Shown piece after piece: positions 29,293-39,126 of a stretch of DNA of 64,000 bases. This DNA comes from Candidatus Latescibacterota bacterium (GTDB lineage Bacteria > Latescibacterota > UBA2968 > GCA-2709665): the NCBI GenBank assembly GCA_965219995.1, contig CBDCOX010000002.1, forward strand, positions 1,056,001 through 1,120,000. The letters run 5' to 3'. How positions within the stretch are numbered: position 1 is the stretch's first letter; each line of letters opens with the position of its first letter. The translations under genes and the position numbers were made by a program. A model generated the notes under the pieces. It made no database searches, had not been told where the DNA came from, and worked only from the letters and a program-made list of their open reading frames with translations.

Positions 29293-30258
29293 CTACGTCA
29301 CCCGGTTTCGCGGGCGGCCCTCCAGAAATGCGATGACGTTGTCCACCGCGCCCCCGTTCAGCAGATCGACTCCTTCCGGCGTCATGTCCGCGCAGTGAGG
29401 CGTCAGCACCACCTGCTCGCAAGACAGCAGCGGATGCGACGGCGGCACCGGTTCCTCGTCGTAGACGTCGAGCGCCGCGCCGCCCAGACGTCCCGACCCG
29501 AGCGCGGCCACCATCGCGTCCGTGTCGACCACCGGTCCGCGTGCGCCGTTCAACAGAATTGCGCCGTCTTTCATCAGCCCGAATTCCCGCGGTCCGATCA
29601 TTCCGCGGCTGTCTTCGGTGAGCGCCACATGCATGCTGACGATGTCGGCTTCAGCGAGCAATTCGTCCAGTTTCACGAAACGCACGCCCAGCCTGTCTGC
29701 CCGTTCCGGCGATGGATTGTACGTCCACGCGATCACCTCCATCCCGATGGCGCGTCCCAGCCTGGCCATCTCCGCCCCGATATTCCCGGCGCCGACGATG
29801 CCCAACACCTTGCCCTGCAGATAGATGCCATCCATCCTGGGCCACTCGCCCGCCTTCATCCGCTCCGTAAAGAACGCCGCGCGTTTCGCCGCGGCGAACA
29901 TCAGTCCGAACATGTGCTCGGCCACAACCGGCGCCGTTCGCCCCGGCTGGTTGCAGATGACGATCCCGTGCGCCCTGGCGGCTTCGAGGTCGAACATGTC
30001 GGTACCGATCGAGCAACTCGTAATCATCCGCAGATCGGGCAACCGTTCGAATTCTTCCCGCCCCCAGGATACCACGCCTCTTGTGTTGATAATGACTTCC
30101 GAGCCTTCCGCGCGCATGACTTTCTCCGCGCTCGACTCCGGCCTCGTATCGTACAGAACCACCTGTCCGTAACGCGCCAGGCGGTCCAGATGGGGAGACC
30201 CGGCGACCATCACCGGATCGTCTCCCGGGACCAGCATCCTTACCGTTCCATCGGCCAT
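29293..30258 (-). CDS. D-isomer-specific 2-hydroxyacid dehydrogenase
   Basis: GIVGAGNIG, NGARG, LDVYDEEP, TPH. Confidence 0.93.
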   Translation of the reverse strand: MADGTVRMLVPGDDPVMVAGSPHLDRLARYGQVVLYDTRPESSAEKVMRAEGSEVIINTRGVVSWGREEFERLPDLRMITSCSIGTDMFDLEAARAHGIVICNQPGRTAPVVAEHMFGLMFAAAKRAAFFTERMKAGEWPRMDGIYLQGKVLGIVGAGNIGAEMARLGRAIGMEVIAWTYNPSPERADRLGVRFVKLDELLAEADIVSMHVALTEDSRGMIGPREFGLMKDGAILLNGARGPVVDTDAMVAALGSGRLGGAALDVYDEEPVPPSHPLLSCEQVVLTPHCADMTPEGVDLLNGGAVDNVIAFLEGRPRNRVT

Positions 30259-30342
30259 CTCCGGACCTCCAGTGTGGCGACGTCTGACAACATGTTTGCC
30301 GCGTGGGCAGCACGCGGCCGGACGGAGTCCGTCCGGGCGCGC

Positions 30343-31533
30343 TCACTCGCCTTTCGGAATCCGCGGCGGATCTTCGGAGGCCAATGTGGCCAACGCGTGG
30401 AGCAGCAGGTCGATTTCCTCTTCCAGCAGGAAAAACGGCACACTGGCGCGCAGACCGCGCCGCGTCGAGTTGAATGCCTTGACGACAATGCGCCAGCGCC
30501 GCCGCAGCGCATCCCTCACGTCCTCGGGCCGCCAACCCTCCATATCGAATGCGACGACGGCGGCAGACAGTCCGGGGGACATCGGGGTGAACACCCTGAC
30601 ACCCGGGATCCCGATCAATCCCTGCTTCAACCGGGTCGTCAGCGCCGCGGTGCGCGCCCAGACTGCCTCCAGTCCGATGTTCTCCAGGTATGCCACCGCC
30701 GACGCCCAGGCGTGTACGAGCGGCCACGACCAGGGCCCGAATTCGAATCTCTCGGTGTTGTCCTTGAGTTCGAAACGATCCTCCCCGAAGTCCACCCACG
30801 CCTGTGCCCGTCCGCCTGCATAGGTCACGCGTATTTCATCCCGGCGGTCCTCCCGTGCAAACAGCGCTCCTGCGGCATAGGGTGAGTACATCCACTTGTA
30901 GGAAAGAACCCCCGCGAAGTCGCAGCCCAATTCGTTCAGATCCAGGGGATACAACCCCGCGGAATGCGCCATGTCCAGAAACGTGAGGACGCCCCGCGCC
31001 CTCGCGGCGGAACAGATCCGCTCCACGGGCAGGCGGAACCCCGAATCTGAAATCACGTGGCTCAAGCCAACCAGACGGGTACGCTCCGTGATGCGTCCCG
31101 CAACCGCTTCGACCTGTCCATCCGCGCTTGCCACGAGGGGCGCCTTGTCCACGATGACGCCGTACAGATCGCGCAAATGCAGACAGGGCACCAGCAGGGC
31201 CACCTCTTCTTCTTCGGAAATCAGGATGCGGTCTCCTGCCTTCCAGTCCAGGCCGCGGATAACCGTCTGGAACGCTTCGCTCACTCCGCGCATCAACGCC
31301 AGATCGCCGGCCCGAACGCCGAAGAATCTTCCGATGCGCTCCTTGGACCGTTCCCGGCGCGGGTATTCCTCGTCGGGAAACGCAATGTGCATCGGACCGC
31401 GCTCGAACAGTTCCCGCATCAGCGTCAGGTGCGTCCGGGCAACCGGCGCCGGAGTGATGCTCACGCCGCCGTTCTGGAACCACACGAATTTTTCCAGCGG
31501 CGGGAAGTCTGCCCTGATCTTCCCTACATTCAT
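30343..31533 (-). CDS. Class V PLP-dependent enzyme (no desulfurase Cys)
   Basis: IRADFP, LSHV, DMAHSAG, SYKW (PLP Lys), LRAS; no Cys in the C-terminal loop. Confidence 0.87.
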   Translation of the reverse strand: MNVGKIRADFPPLEKFVWFQNGGVSITPAPVARTHLTLMRELFERGPMHIAFPDEEYPRRERSKERIGRFFGVRAGDLALMRGVSEAFQTVIRGLDWKAGDRILISEEEEVALLVPCLHLRDLYGVIVDKAPLVASADGQVEAVAGRITERTRLVGLSHVISDSGFRLPVERICSAARARGVLTFLDMAHSAGLYPLDLNELGCDFAGVLSYKWMYSPYAAGALFAREDRRDEIRVTYAGGRAQAWVDFGEDRFELKDNTERFEFGPWSWPLVHAWASAVAYLENIGLEAVWARTAALTTRLKQGLIGIPGVRVFTPMSPGLSAAVVAFDMEGWRPEDVRDALRRRWRIVVKAFNSTRRGLRASVPFFLLEEEIDLLLHALATLASEDPPRIPKGE

Positions 31534-31634
31534 TTGCCAGCGCCCAGGTGAAAACACGTTTTCGGAATCTACGAGCCGGTTTCCGATCGGTTCAAGCGTG
31601 TTTCGCGTCCGTGCCCCCGTTTCGGGTCGTCGTC

Positions 31635-32540
31635 TCAGCGCCAATGGGCCGGAAGTATGACGTCCCTCAATCCCAGATGCCGTGCGATCCAGCGCTCCTG
31701 GTAGACCCCATCCTTATAGCGGGAGTGCTCCGAGGCGCGAACCTGAGGAGCCACCTGCATGGCGTCGGCTACCGCACCAAGCGTTTCCCGGCTGCCCCAC
31801 AGCAGGGTCGGCACCGTGATCCGGGGTGCAAAAAACAACGGGTCGAAATAGGATACCGTGCGTGCTACAGCGTGGCGGCGATCCGGATATTGCCGCAGGT
31901 ATTCGTTGACCTCCTCCAACGGATAACTTTCCGTGCCGGCCGCCCGATCCATCGTGCGAAGGAAGAAAGACGGTGAAGCAACCAGGTGGGTCAGACCCCC
32001 GCGCAGGGCGGCGGACAGGAGCGGCATCTCATTCTCGCCTATCCCGACGATTCGTCCGCGGTCCGCTTCCGGACGAGTGAGCACATAGTCGACCGCCCGG
32101 CAACAGTCGGCCACGATGCCACGCATCACGTAATTTTCGTAGTCTTCTATCCCGTCCACAAACAGGCCCGGGAACGAAGCCGCGTAGGGCTTGTCGGCGT
32201 TCCGCTGCCCCCTAGCGGCCATAGCGAACACCAGGAACCGCCGTCTCTTTTCGCTTGCATCGCCCTGCGGCAGCGGTTCCACCACACTCTGCAGGCGCGT
32301 GAAATACAGAAGCGTCGGAAACGGTCCCTCCCCCCGGGGAATGCTCAGATAACCGAACAGCCGGTACGGCCCGATGCTGGTAAAGCGTACCCCGTACGTC
32401 GTTGAATAGTCGGTCGACCGAATGGGCATCAGTTCCACTTCAGGCGCTATCGGCGTCGCATCAAGCGCGTTGACGACGCGAATCCAGTACGCATCGAAAT
32501 CATCGGGTCTGACCGTCGTCGACATGCATTGGCTGGACAC
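31635..32540 (-). CDS. Acetylxylan esterase (CE7/AXE1) homolog lacking the catalytic triad
   Basis: RPDDFDAYW, RGQ, YFDP...APRI conserved, but the nucleophile elbow reads GIGENE instead of GxSQGG; GGAGG RBS before GTG 32540. Confidence 0.8.
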   Translation of the reverse strand: MSSQCMSTTVRPDDFDAYWIRVVNALDATPIAPEVELMPIRSTDYSTTYGVRFTSIGPYRLFGYLSIPRGEGPFPTLLYFTRLQSVVEPLPQGDASEKRRRFLVFAMAARGQRNADKPYAASFPGLFVDGIEDYENYVMRGIVADCCRAVDYVLTRPEADRGRIVGIGENEMPLLSAALRGGLTHLVASPSFFLRTMDRAAGTESYPLEEVNEYLRQYPDRRHAVARTVSYFDPLFFAPRITVPTLLWGSRETLGAVADAMQVAPQVRASEHSRYKDGVYQERWIARHLGLRDVILPAHWR

Positions 32541-32596
32541 TGATAACCTCCCCTGGCGTCGGGAGAACCCGTTTACGCCGGTCCCGTAAATCATAT

Positions 32597-33526
32597 TCAG
32601 GTGTGGTTTTTCAGATGTTTCTCGAAAAACGCCTCAATTACGCTACCGTGTGCCACGCTGCCCGCATCGTGGGCATGGCCGTCGTACGCATACATGCGTT
32701 TGTCGACCGACGCGATTTCCCGGAACGCAGCGTATCCCGTCTCGGGCGGGCAGATATTATCCTGCAGCCCTACATTGACAATTATCGGGCACGAAATGCG
32801 CGGACCGAAGTGGATCCCGTCGAAATAGGCAAGCGTTGCCCGGACCGAGGGCTCCCTGTCGGGGTAGAGTCGCAGATAGTCCCGGATTTCCTGGTATGGA
32901 TAGGTGTGTGCCAGTTGGATCGCATCCATAAACCCGCAGAGGTAAGGCGCCCCTGCGGCCCCGGCAGCGGGATTCCGGAGCCCGGCAACCACCAACGTCA
33001 GGCCTCCTCCCTGGCTGCTGCCGGTCACGCCGATCCGCTCGGAATCCACCTCCTTCCTGGCGGCCAGAAAATCGAACGCACGCACCGCGTCGATATAGAA
33101 CCCGCGATAGGAGTAGGTGTTCCGGTCCACGATATTGTGCGTCAGCAACCCCGGATAGCCCGGGTTGAACTGTCCGTTGCTTCTGAGTTTTCCCCTCGGC
33201 GCGACGCTGAAGACCGCATAGCCCGTTTTGGCCTGTTGTTTCGGGACTCGCGGCTCTCCGATATATCCGGGCACCTGCAGTATCGACGGCAGCTTCCCCG
33301 TATGCGACGCGGGAAGGCAGTACCATCCCGCGATTCGGATACCATCGATACTGTCGAAGCGGACGTCGAACACGTCTACGTCGGCCGTCGATCTGAGGGG
33401 GCTGTGCGTCACGGCCGCGTTCAGCGGTATGGGATCGACCGCGGCGAGAACGTCGTCCCAGAATTCATCGAAATCATCGGGCCGTACCATCGATGTGCCG
33501 TAATTCTCAATTGCGTTCCTGTCCAT
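32597..33526 (-). CDS. Acetylxylan esterase / cephalosporin-C deacetylase (CE7)
   Basis: RPDDFDEFW, PGY, RGK, GSSQGG, QDNICPP, GHAH: intact Ser-Asp-His triad. Confidence 0.92.
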   Translation of the reverse strand: MDRNAIENYGTSMVRPDDFDEFWDDVLAAVDPIPLNAAVTHSPLRSTADVDVFDVRFDSIDGIRIAGWYCLPASHTGKLPSILQVPGYIGEPRVPKQQAKTGYAVFSVAPRGKLRSNGQFNPGYPGLLTHNIVDRNTYSYRGFYIDAVRAFDFLAARKEVDSERIGVTGSSQGGGLTLVVAGLRNPAAGAAGAPYLCGFMDAIQLAHTYPYQEIRDYLRLYPDREPSVRATLAYFDGIHFGPRISCPIIVNVGLQDNICPPETGYAAFREIASVDKRMYAYDGHAHDAGSVAHGSVIEAFFEKHLKNHT

Positions 33527-33556
33527 ATCAGTGTCCTGTCCCCAGGTAACCGGCGG

Positions 33557-35491
33557 TCAATCCCCGCAACCGCCACTGCCCACAACCACGGAACTCTCGG
33601 CACCCTTACGCCCGAAACCGTTCACCGGTCGGACGGCAAGCTTGCTTCCTGACGAGTCGATGCGCCAGGTGAAGGCCGACGAACATGCCCGCCATTCGCC
33701 TTCGTCGATGCGTTTTTCGAAACCCTTCAGATTCGCGGTTTCCGTATCGAGAAGGACGTAAAGCTCGTCCGGCTCCCGACCCTGTTGGAGATGGATTTCC
33801 GCCCGGTTCGGCGTCCAGTACAGGTCGCCGGCGCGTTCCGTATGCTCAGAAAACCACGGCAGACCGGGTGTGTCCGCGTCCTGCCAGAACAGGTATCTGT
33901 TGAAATGATATGAAATCTTCCCATGCTCGGGCTCTCCGGGCCCCATCGTATCGAGTTCGTCGTTCCGGAGCGAGATCATAAAGCGTTCGAACAATTTCAG
34001 ACGATCGGCCACCTGAAACCGCCCGGCAACCGCCGGCGGAGGCTCGGGAACCAGCCTTATATCCGCGTAGTCCTCTTCAACCCAGGCGCGGTGCGCCTCC
34101 AGGGCACTCAGCGGCACCCCCTGCCGTTCCAGGTGATACGTGAACTTCGTCTCGTCGTTGGAATCGCCGCCGACGTCCATGGCCACCCATTTGCCGTGCC
34201 GGTTCGACCAGACCTCGTTGATGCAATGCGAACGCATGATCTGTGTCCGCGCGGTGAACCCCAGTGCGGCGCTGCATTGCGACATTACCGTCGCATAATG
34301 CGTGCACATCCCGAGGCTGAGCCCGCGGCTCGCAAGGCTCAGAATTACCATGGCGTCCCACGGCGGGCAGAATTCGATTTCACCCATGTTCCAGCCATCT
34401 TCCCACTGTTCCCTTACCCACTGCCGCAGATGCAGGAACGCCTCGAACTCGGACTTCGCGGGACGGATGACTTCATCCAGTTTCCAGCGTTCCCGCAGGA
34501 TCTGTCCCCGTTTCGAATCGACCGGCAGATGGGAAAAACGGTACGAGCTTCGTATCAGCGCCGGGTTGTCGGCATCGACGATTCTTACCGCCGGCTGTGT
34601 AACCCTGCCGGCCGTTACCGAAAGCGTGACGGCCGCGACCTCCGGCGTCGCCGATGGCTGTTCTGACTGCAATATGATACGCCATTGAAGGAAACGGATC
34701 GGGCCGGTGGGAGCGATCGGATCCGATGCCGGCGCCCACGCCGTCCAGGTTTTCGGGCAGTAAGCCGGGCATGGCCCGCCCCGCCACTGCAGGGCCGTGC
34801 TGCATCCCGCGGGCGTGCGCACGTTGGCGGACAGACGGATCGCATCTACGCTGCCGGCGGCGGCGATCCCATCCGTTGAAACGAGGCGCAGCAGATCCAC
34901 GGCATTGGAACAGACCTCGCCTGATTCCACATATTGATCCAGCCAGAGCCGGACCATGTATTCTCCGCAGGCGCGGTCGTTGACGCCCATCTCCCCGGAC
35001 CGCCAGGTCAGGCCGCCGTCATCACTGACGGCGCTCCGTTTTGGCTGGATGCTCTCCTCGATCAGCAGTGTCCACGTCACATCTTCGACGGCCCGGAAAG
35101 TCACCTCATTCCGACCTGCGCCGAGCCAGTCGGATGGGATCTCCAGCGGTTGCCATCGGTCTTCCCAATATGAACGATCGCCGGGCCAGACGACCCTCAG
35201 CGAGTGCCCGTTCACGTCTATGTCCAACTCCCCGTCCGCCCTGTCGCACAGCAGGTAGGGGCAAAGCAGTGCGCGGGATGCGCCCACTTCGGGAATGAAG
35301 AATGTCTTTCGTGCCTGTCGCAGGCCGGAAACGGCCTCCCGATCGTGCTGATTGCAGTTGCCCATCTCGTCGGCGAAGGTAACCCCCCGCCTGAGCCTGA
35401 CGACATCCTCCGTAACAGAGATTCCCTTCCCCGTACACGCCGCGAAATCACTTTGAGAAGACCAGGTTCCAGTCCCGTTTGCCTGTTTCAT
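33557..35491 (-). CDS. Transglutaminase-like domain protein with N-terminal beta-sandwich domains
   Basis: GMCTHYA...HCINEVWS...KWVAMD (Cys-His-Asp triad). Confidence 0.78.
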   Translation of the reverse strand: MKQANGTGTWSSQSDFAACTGKGISVTEDVVRLRRGVTFADEMGNCNQHDREAVSGLRQARKTFFIPEVGASRALLCPYLLCDRADGELDIDVNGHSLRVVWPGDRSYWEDRWQPLEIPSDWLGAGRNEVTFRAVEDVTWTLLIEESIQPKRSAVSDDGGLTWRSGEMGVNDRACGEYMVRLWLDQYVESGEVCSNAVDLLRLVSTDGIAAAGSVDAIRLSANVRTPAGCSTALQWRGGPCPAYCPKTWTAWAPASDPIAPTGPIRFLQWRIILQSEQPSATPEVAAVTLSVTAGRVTQPAVRIVDADNPALIRSSYRFSHLPVDSKRGQILRERWKLDEVIRPAKSEFEAFLHLRQWVREQWEDGWNMGEIEFCPPWDAMVILSLASRGLSLGMCTHYATVMSQCSAALGFTARTQIMRSHCINEVWSNRHGKWVAMDVGGDSNDETKFTYHLERQGVPLSALEAHRAWVEEDYADIRLVPEPPPAVAGRFQVADRLKLFERFMISLRNDELDTMGPGEPEHGKISYHFNRYLFWQDADTPGLPWFSEHTERAGDLYWTPNRAEIHLQQGREPDELYVLLDTETANLKGFEKRIDEGEWRACSSAFTWRIDSSGSKLAVRPVNGFGRKGAESSVVVGSGGCGD

Positions 35492-35518
35492 AGCCCGCGT
35501 TCCGTTCCGATAGGAGAA

Positions 35519-35547
35519 TTGCGCCCTCAATGTCTATACACTATATT
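35519..35547 (+). promoter_or_regulatory. Sigma70-type promoter
   Basis: TTGCGC-N17-TATATT upstream of the OYE gene. Confidence 0.5.
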
Positions 35548-35669
35548 TGGAAATTCGTAACCGCGGGCGGTGGAGAGAGCCCGCGGCCCCCGATTTCAAC
35601 ACCTTGTCGGTCGGGGAAGTTGCGCTTGATCAGACCGCCTCCGCGAAATGCCGCAGCAGGGACGAACCG

Positions 35670-37151
35670 ATGCCGGACGAAGACATTGTACGCATAGGGC
35701 ACCTCAAGACCGTGGACGCGTTTCGGGAACGCCTTGAAGGGCTCGGCCTTGCGTTGCCGTGCGACCAGGACATTCTTACCGCGCCTGAATCTCCGCTCGC
35801 AGAGCCGTTTCCATTCACGCCGGAACCGATCGGCAATCGGTTCGCGATCCACCCGATGGAAGGTTGGGACGGCCTGACCGACGGCAATCCATCGGAAGAT
35901 ACCCGTCGCCGGTGGCGCCATTTCGGTCTGAGCGGCGCAAAGCTCATCTGGGGCGGCGAGGCGATTGCCGTACGACCCGAAGCACGCGCCAACCCCAACC
36001 AGTTGTTCGCCGCCGAACATACGCGAAACGGCCTGGGCGAGTTGCTCGAAACGCTGCGATCCGCCCACCGGCTGCACATCGGCAACACCGACGATCTCGT
36101 GGTCGGGTTGCAGCTCACGCACTCGGGACGGTTCTGTCGGCCCACGCACAAGAGCATGATGGAACCCCGAATTCTGTACCGTCACCCCATCCTCGACCGT
36201 AAATTCGGCGTGGGCCCGGATCACCCGGTGATGTCGGACGGCGAGATACGATCCGTTATAGACGACTATGTAAAGGCCGCGCGAATGGCCGCCGATCTGG
36301 GCTATCAGTTCGTGGACATCAAGCATTGCCACGGATATCTGGGCCACGAATTCCTGAGCGCCGTTACCCGTAGCGGTCCCTTTGGCGGCTCGTTCGAAAA
36401 CAGGACGCGTTTCCTCAGGGAAATTGTCCATGGGATCCGGACCGTCGCGCCGGGTCTCCGGATTGGCGTACGCCTGAGCGTATTCGACTTCGTTCCGTTC
36501 CGTCCCGACCCGGATCGATCCGACGGTCGCAGACAGGGACCCGGCATTCCCGAAGACTTCGGCCACTGCCTGCCCTATACCTGCGGGTTCGGCGCGAATC
36601 CGTCCAATCCCGTCGTTCCGGATCTCACCGAACCCGATCTGTTTCTGGATCTTCTCGAACGCCTGGATATCCGGCTGGTCAATCTCTCGGCCGGCAGCCC
36701 GTATTACAATCCTCACATTCAGCGTCCCGCGTATTATCCCCCGTCAGACGGATACCAACCCCCCGAAGACCCGCTGGCGGGTGTCGCGCGTCAGATCGAC
36801 GTCGTCCGGCGGATCAAAAAACGGCATCCCGGCCTGATTCTGGTGGGTACGGGATATTCCTACCTTCAGGAGTTTCTGCCGCAGGTGGCGCAAGCCCTGG
36901 TGCGCGAAAGACACGTTGATTTCATCGGGCTGGGCCGGATGGTCCTTTCCTACCCGCGTCTTCCTCTGGACGTCCTGGGAAAAGGGAGGCTGAACACGCG
37001 GGTCGTCTGCCGGACGTTCAGCGATTGCACCACCGCACCGCGGAACGGCATGATATCGGGCTGTTTTCCTCTCGATGCACATTACAAAAAAACCCCTGAA
37101 GCGAAACGCCTCAGGGAAATTAAGAAAGCCGTCCGTCCCCGGCAAGGGTAA
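35670..37151 (+). CDS. NADH:flavin oxidoreductase (Old Yellow Enzyme family)
   Basis: [38 protein letters not shown]-terminal CRTFSDC...C cysteine cluster. Confidence 0.92.
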   Translation: MPDEDIVRIGHLKTVDAFRERLEGLGLALPCDQDILTAPESPLAEPFPFTPEPIGNRFAIHPMEGWDGLTDGNPSEDTRRRWRHFGLSGAKLIWGGEAIAVRPEARANPNQLFAAEHTRNGLGELLETLRSAHRLHIGNTDDLVVGLQLTHSGRFCRPTHKSMMEPRILYRHPILDRKFGVGPDHPVMSDGEIRSVIDDYVKAARMAADLGYQFVDIKHCHGYLGHEFLSAVTRSGPFGGSFENRTRFLREIVHGIRTVAPGLRIGVRLSVFDFVPFRPDPDRSDGRRQGPGIPEDFGHCLPYTCGFGANPSNPVVPDLTEPDLFLDLLERLDIRLVNLSAGSPYYNPHIQRPAYYPPSDGYQPPEDPLAGVARQIDVVRRIKKRHPGLILVGTGYSYLQEFLPQVAQALVRERHVDFIGLGRMVLSYPRLPLDVLGKGRLNTRVVCRTFSDCTTAPRNGMISGCFPLDAHYKKTPEAKRLREIKKAVRPRQG

Positions 37152-37187
37152 AGCGGCGCGGCGCGGGTAGAGACGCGCCCAACGCGC

Positions 37188-37997
37188 TCAACCCGCTTTG
37201 CCATCTGCGATTGCCTCGGACTTCAGTACGAAGACCTCCTCCAGATTGAAGAAATCGACGCTCGGCGCCAGTTGCACTTCCCTGAAAAGGGCCTGATCGC
37301 GTTCACCCACCCGGGTTACGGTGCCGATCAGAAGTCCCTTGGGAAACACGCCACCGAGGCCCGAGGAAATGATCCTGTCGCCTTCGGATACCTCGCTGCG
37401 TACCGACACGTGCCTCAGGAAAAACCTGCCGTTTTCACTCGTTACAATCCCCGAAGTCCGTTCATCGCGCTGCACGATCGCGCTCACCCTGCAATTGCGA
37501 TCGAGCAGCAGCTGAACCACGGCGGTTCGCGGGTGAACTTCCAACACGCGCCCCACGAGCCCGTCCGCGGTGACGACCGGCATGCGTTTCACCACACCGT
37601 CCGCCGCACCCAAATCCAGAAGCACCGTGTTCAGTACGCGGTTCGGATCCCGGGCAACCACCTTCGCTACCAGATACGTGCCTTCGGCCTTTGATCGGAA
37701 GTCGAGCAATTCGCGAAGCCGGAGATTCTCCATCCGCGCCTCACGGAGTTCGAGCAGCTCGAGCGAGATGCGCAGATTCTGTTCCCGCAGGATACCGTTC
37801 TCGCGGCGCAGCCTGGAGAGTTCCATAGGCCACGTGAACAGCCCGTGTCCGGCCTTGAGCAGTCCGGTGGCGATACCCCGGGCGAAAGCCGCGCCGTCGG
37901 ATTGACCAAGCGCCATAAGGCCCGATGATACAAGGACGGCCACGCCCAGAACGACCAGGGGGCCGTGTCCGCGTATAAAACCGAACAGCCACTGCAT
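37188..37997 (-). CDS. mreC: Rod shape-determining protein MreC
   Basis: TM helix + coiled coil (ENLRLRELL), GLVGRV, SSGLGGVFPKG. Confidence 0.95.
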   Translation of the reverse strand: MQWLFGFIRGHGPLVVLGVAVLVSSGLMALGQSDGAAFARGIATGLLKAGHGLFTWPMELSRLRRENGILREQNLRISLELLELREARMENLRLRELLDFRSKAEGTYLVAKVVARDPNRVLNTVLLDLGAADGVVKRMPVVTADGLVGRVLEVHPRTAVVQLLLDRNCRVSAIVQRDERTSGIVTSENGRFFLRHVSVRSEVSEGDRIISSGLGGVFPKGLLIGTVTRVGERDQALFREVQLAPSVDFFNLEEVFVLKSEAIADGKAG

Positions 37998-38019
37998 GGG
38001 TCATCCAAACCGCAATCGA

Positions 38020-39039
38020 TCACAATAGCAGTTTCTGATACTGGTCGATATTCTCGAGAACACGCCCGGTGCCGCGCACAACGCAGGTGAGCGGGTCGTC
38101 CGCCACGATCACGGGCAGGCCGGTCTCTTCCATCAACCTGCGGTCCAATCCCCGCAGCAATGCACCGCCGCCCGTCATGATAATGCCCCGATCGAGTATA
38201 TCGGCAGCCAGTTCCGGCGGCGTATGCTCCAGGGTCTGCCGCACCGCTTCCAGAATGGAGTTCACCGTCCCATTGAGAGCTTCCCGAATTTCCACCGAGT
38301 CGACGATTATGGTCTTCGGGATGAAACTGACCGTATCCAGCCCCCGGCACGGATGCTGGAATTCGCTGTCCAATGTGCCGGCAGAACCGATTTCACATTT
38401 GATCTGTTCCGCGCTCCGCTCTCCAACGAGAAGGTTGTGTTTGCGTCTGAGCATCGTGATGATGGCCTGGTTCATCCCGTCCCCCGCTATCTTGATGGAC
38501 CGCGAGGTCACGATGCCCGACAGGGCGATCACCGCGATTTCGGTTGTGCCGCCTCCGATGTCAATCACCATGGACCCCACGGCTTCCTCCACGGGAAGGC
38601 CGATCCCGATGGCTGCGGCCATGGGTTCCGTGATGATGTAGACCTCGCGGGCCCCCGCGCGCTCGGCGGATTCCCTTACGGCCCGCATTTCGACGGCGGT
38701 CACACCCGACGGCACGCATATCACAATCCGGGGGCGGACGAGAAGCCTGTTCTTCTGCACCTTCCGGATGAAGTGACGCAGCATCTCTTCGGTCACGTCG
38801 AAATCGGCAATGACCCCGTTCCGCAGCGGGCGAATGACGTCAATATCGGGGTTCTGGCGTCCCATCATCTGCTTGGCATGAGATCCGATGGCGAGCGGTT
38901 TGTGAGAATTGCGGTCCAACGCAACAACCGAAGGCTCGTCGACCACGATATTCTGTCCTTTGACGTAAACCAGGGTATTGGCCGTACCCAGATCGATGCC
39001 AATGTCATTGGACAGCAGTCTGGAAAGAAATAGTGCCAT
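38020..39039 (-). CDS. mreB: Rod shape-determining protein MreB
   Basis: GIDLGTANT, EPMAAAIG, DIGGGTTE, TGGGALL. Confidence 0.98.
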   Translation of the reverse strand: MALFLSRLLSNDIGIDLGTANTLVYVKGQNIVVDEPSVVALDRNSHKPLAIGSHAKQMMGRQNPDIDVIRPLRNGVIADFDVTEEMLRHFIRKVQKNRLLVRPRIVICVPSGVTAVEMRAVRESAERAGAREVYIITEPMAAAIGIGLPVEEAVGSMVIDIGGGTTEIAVIALSGIVTSRSIKIAGDGMNQAIITMLRRKHNLLVGERSAEQIKCEIGSAGTLDSEFQHPCRGLDTVSFIPKTIIVDSVEIREALNGTVNSILEAVRQTLEHTPPELAADILDRGIIMTGGGALLRGLDRRLMEETGLPVIVADDPLTCVVRGTGRVLENIDQYQKLLL

Positions 39040-39126
39040 AACGTTTCGTTTCCTAACGGGTTAGCCGAGCAATCGGTCTCGAACGTCGCGAAACTTGTCC
39101 AGGGTCTTCCCGTCCGGGACAGGACA

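Noticed and set aside
27191-30885. 735-aa and 496-aa plus-strand ORFs
   Set aside because: Antisense to the motif-bearing CehA/McbA, dehydrogenase and PLP genes; shadow ORFs
30343-31533. Cysteine desulfurase (SufS/IscS)
   Set aside because: No catalytic Cys loop (RxGxHC or SSGSAC)
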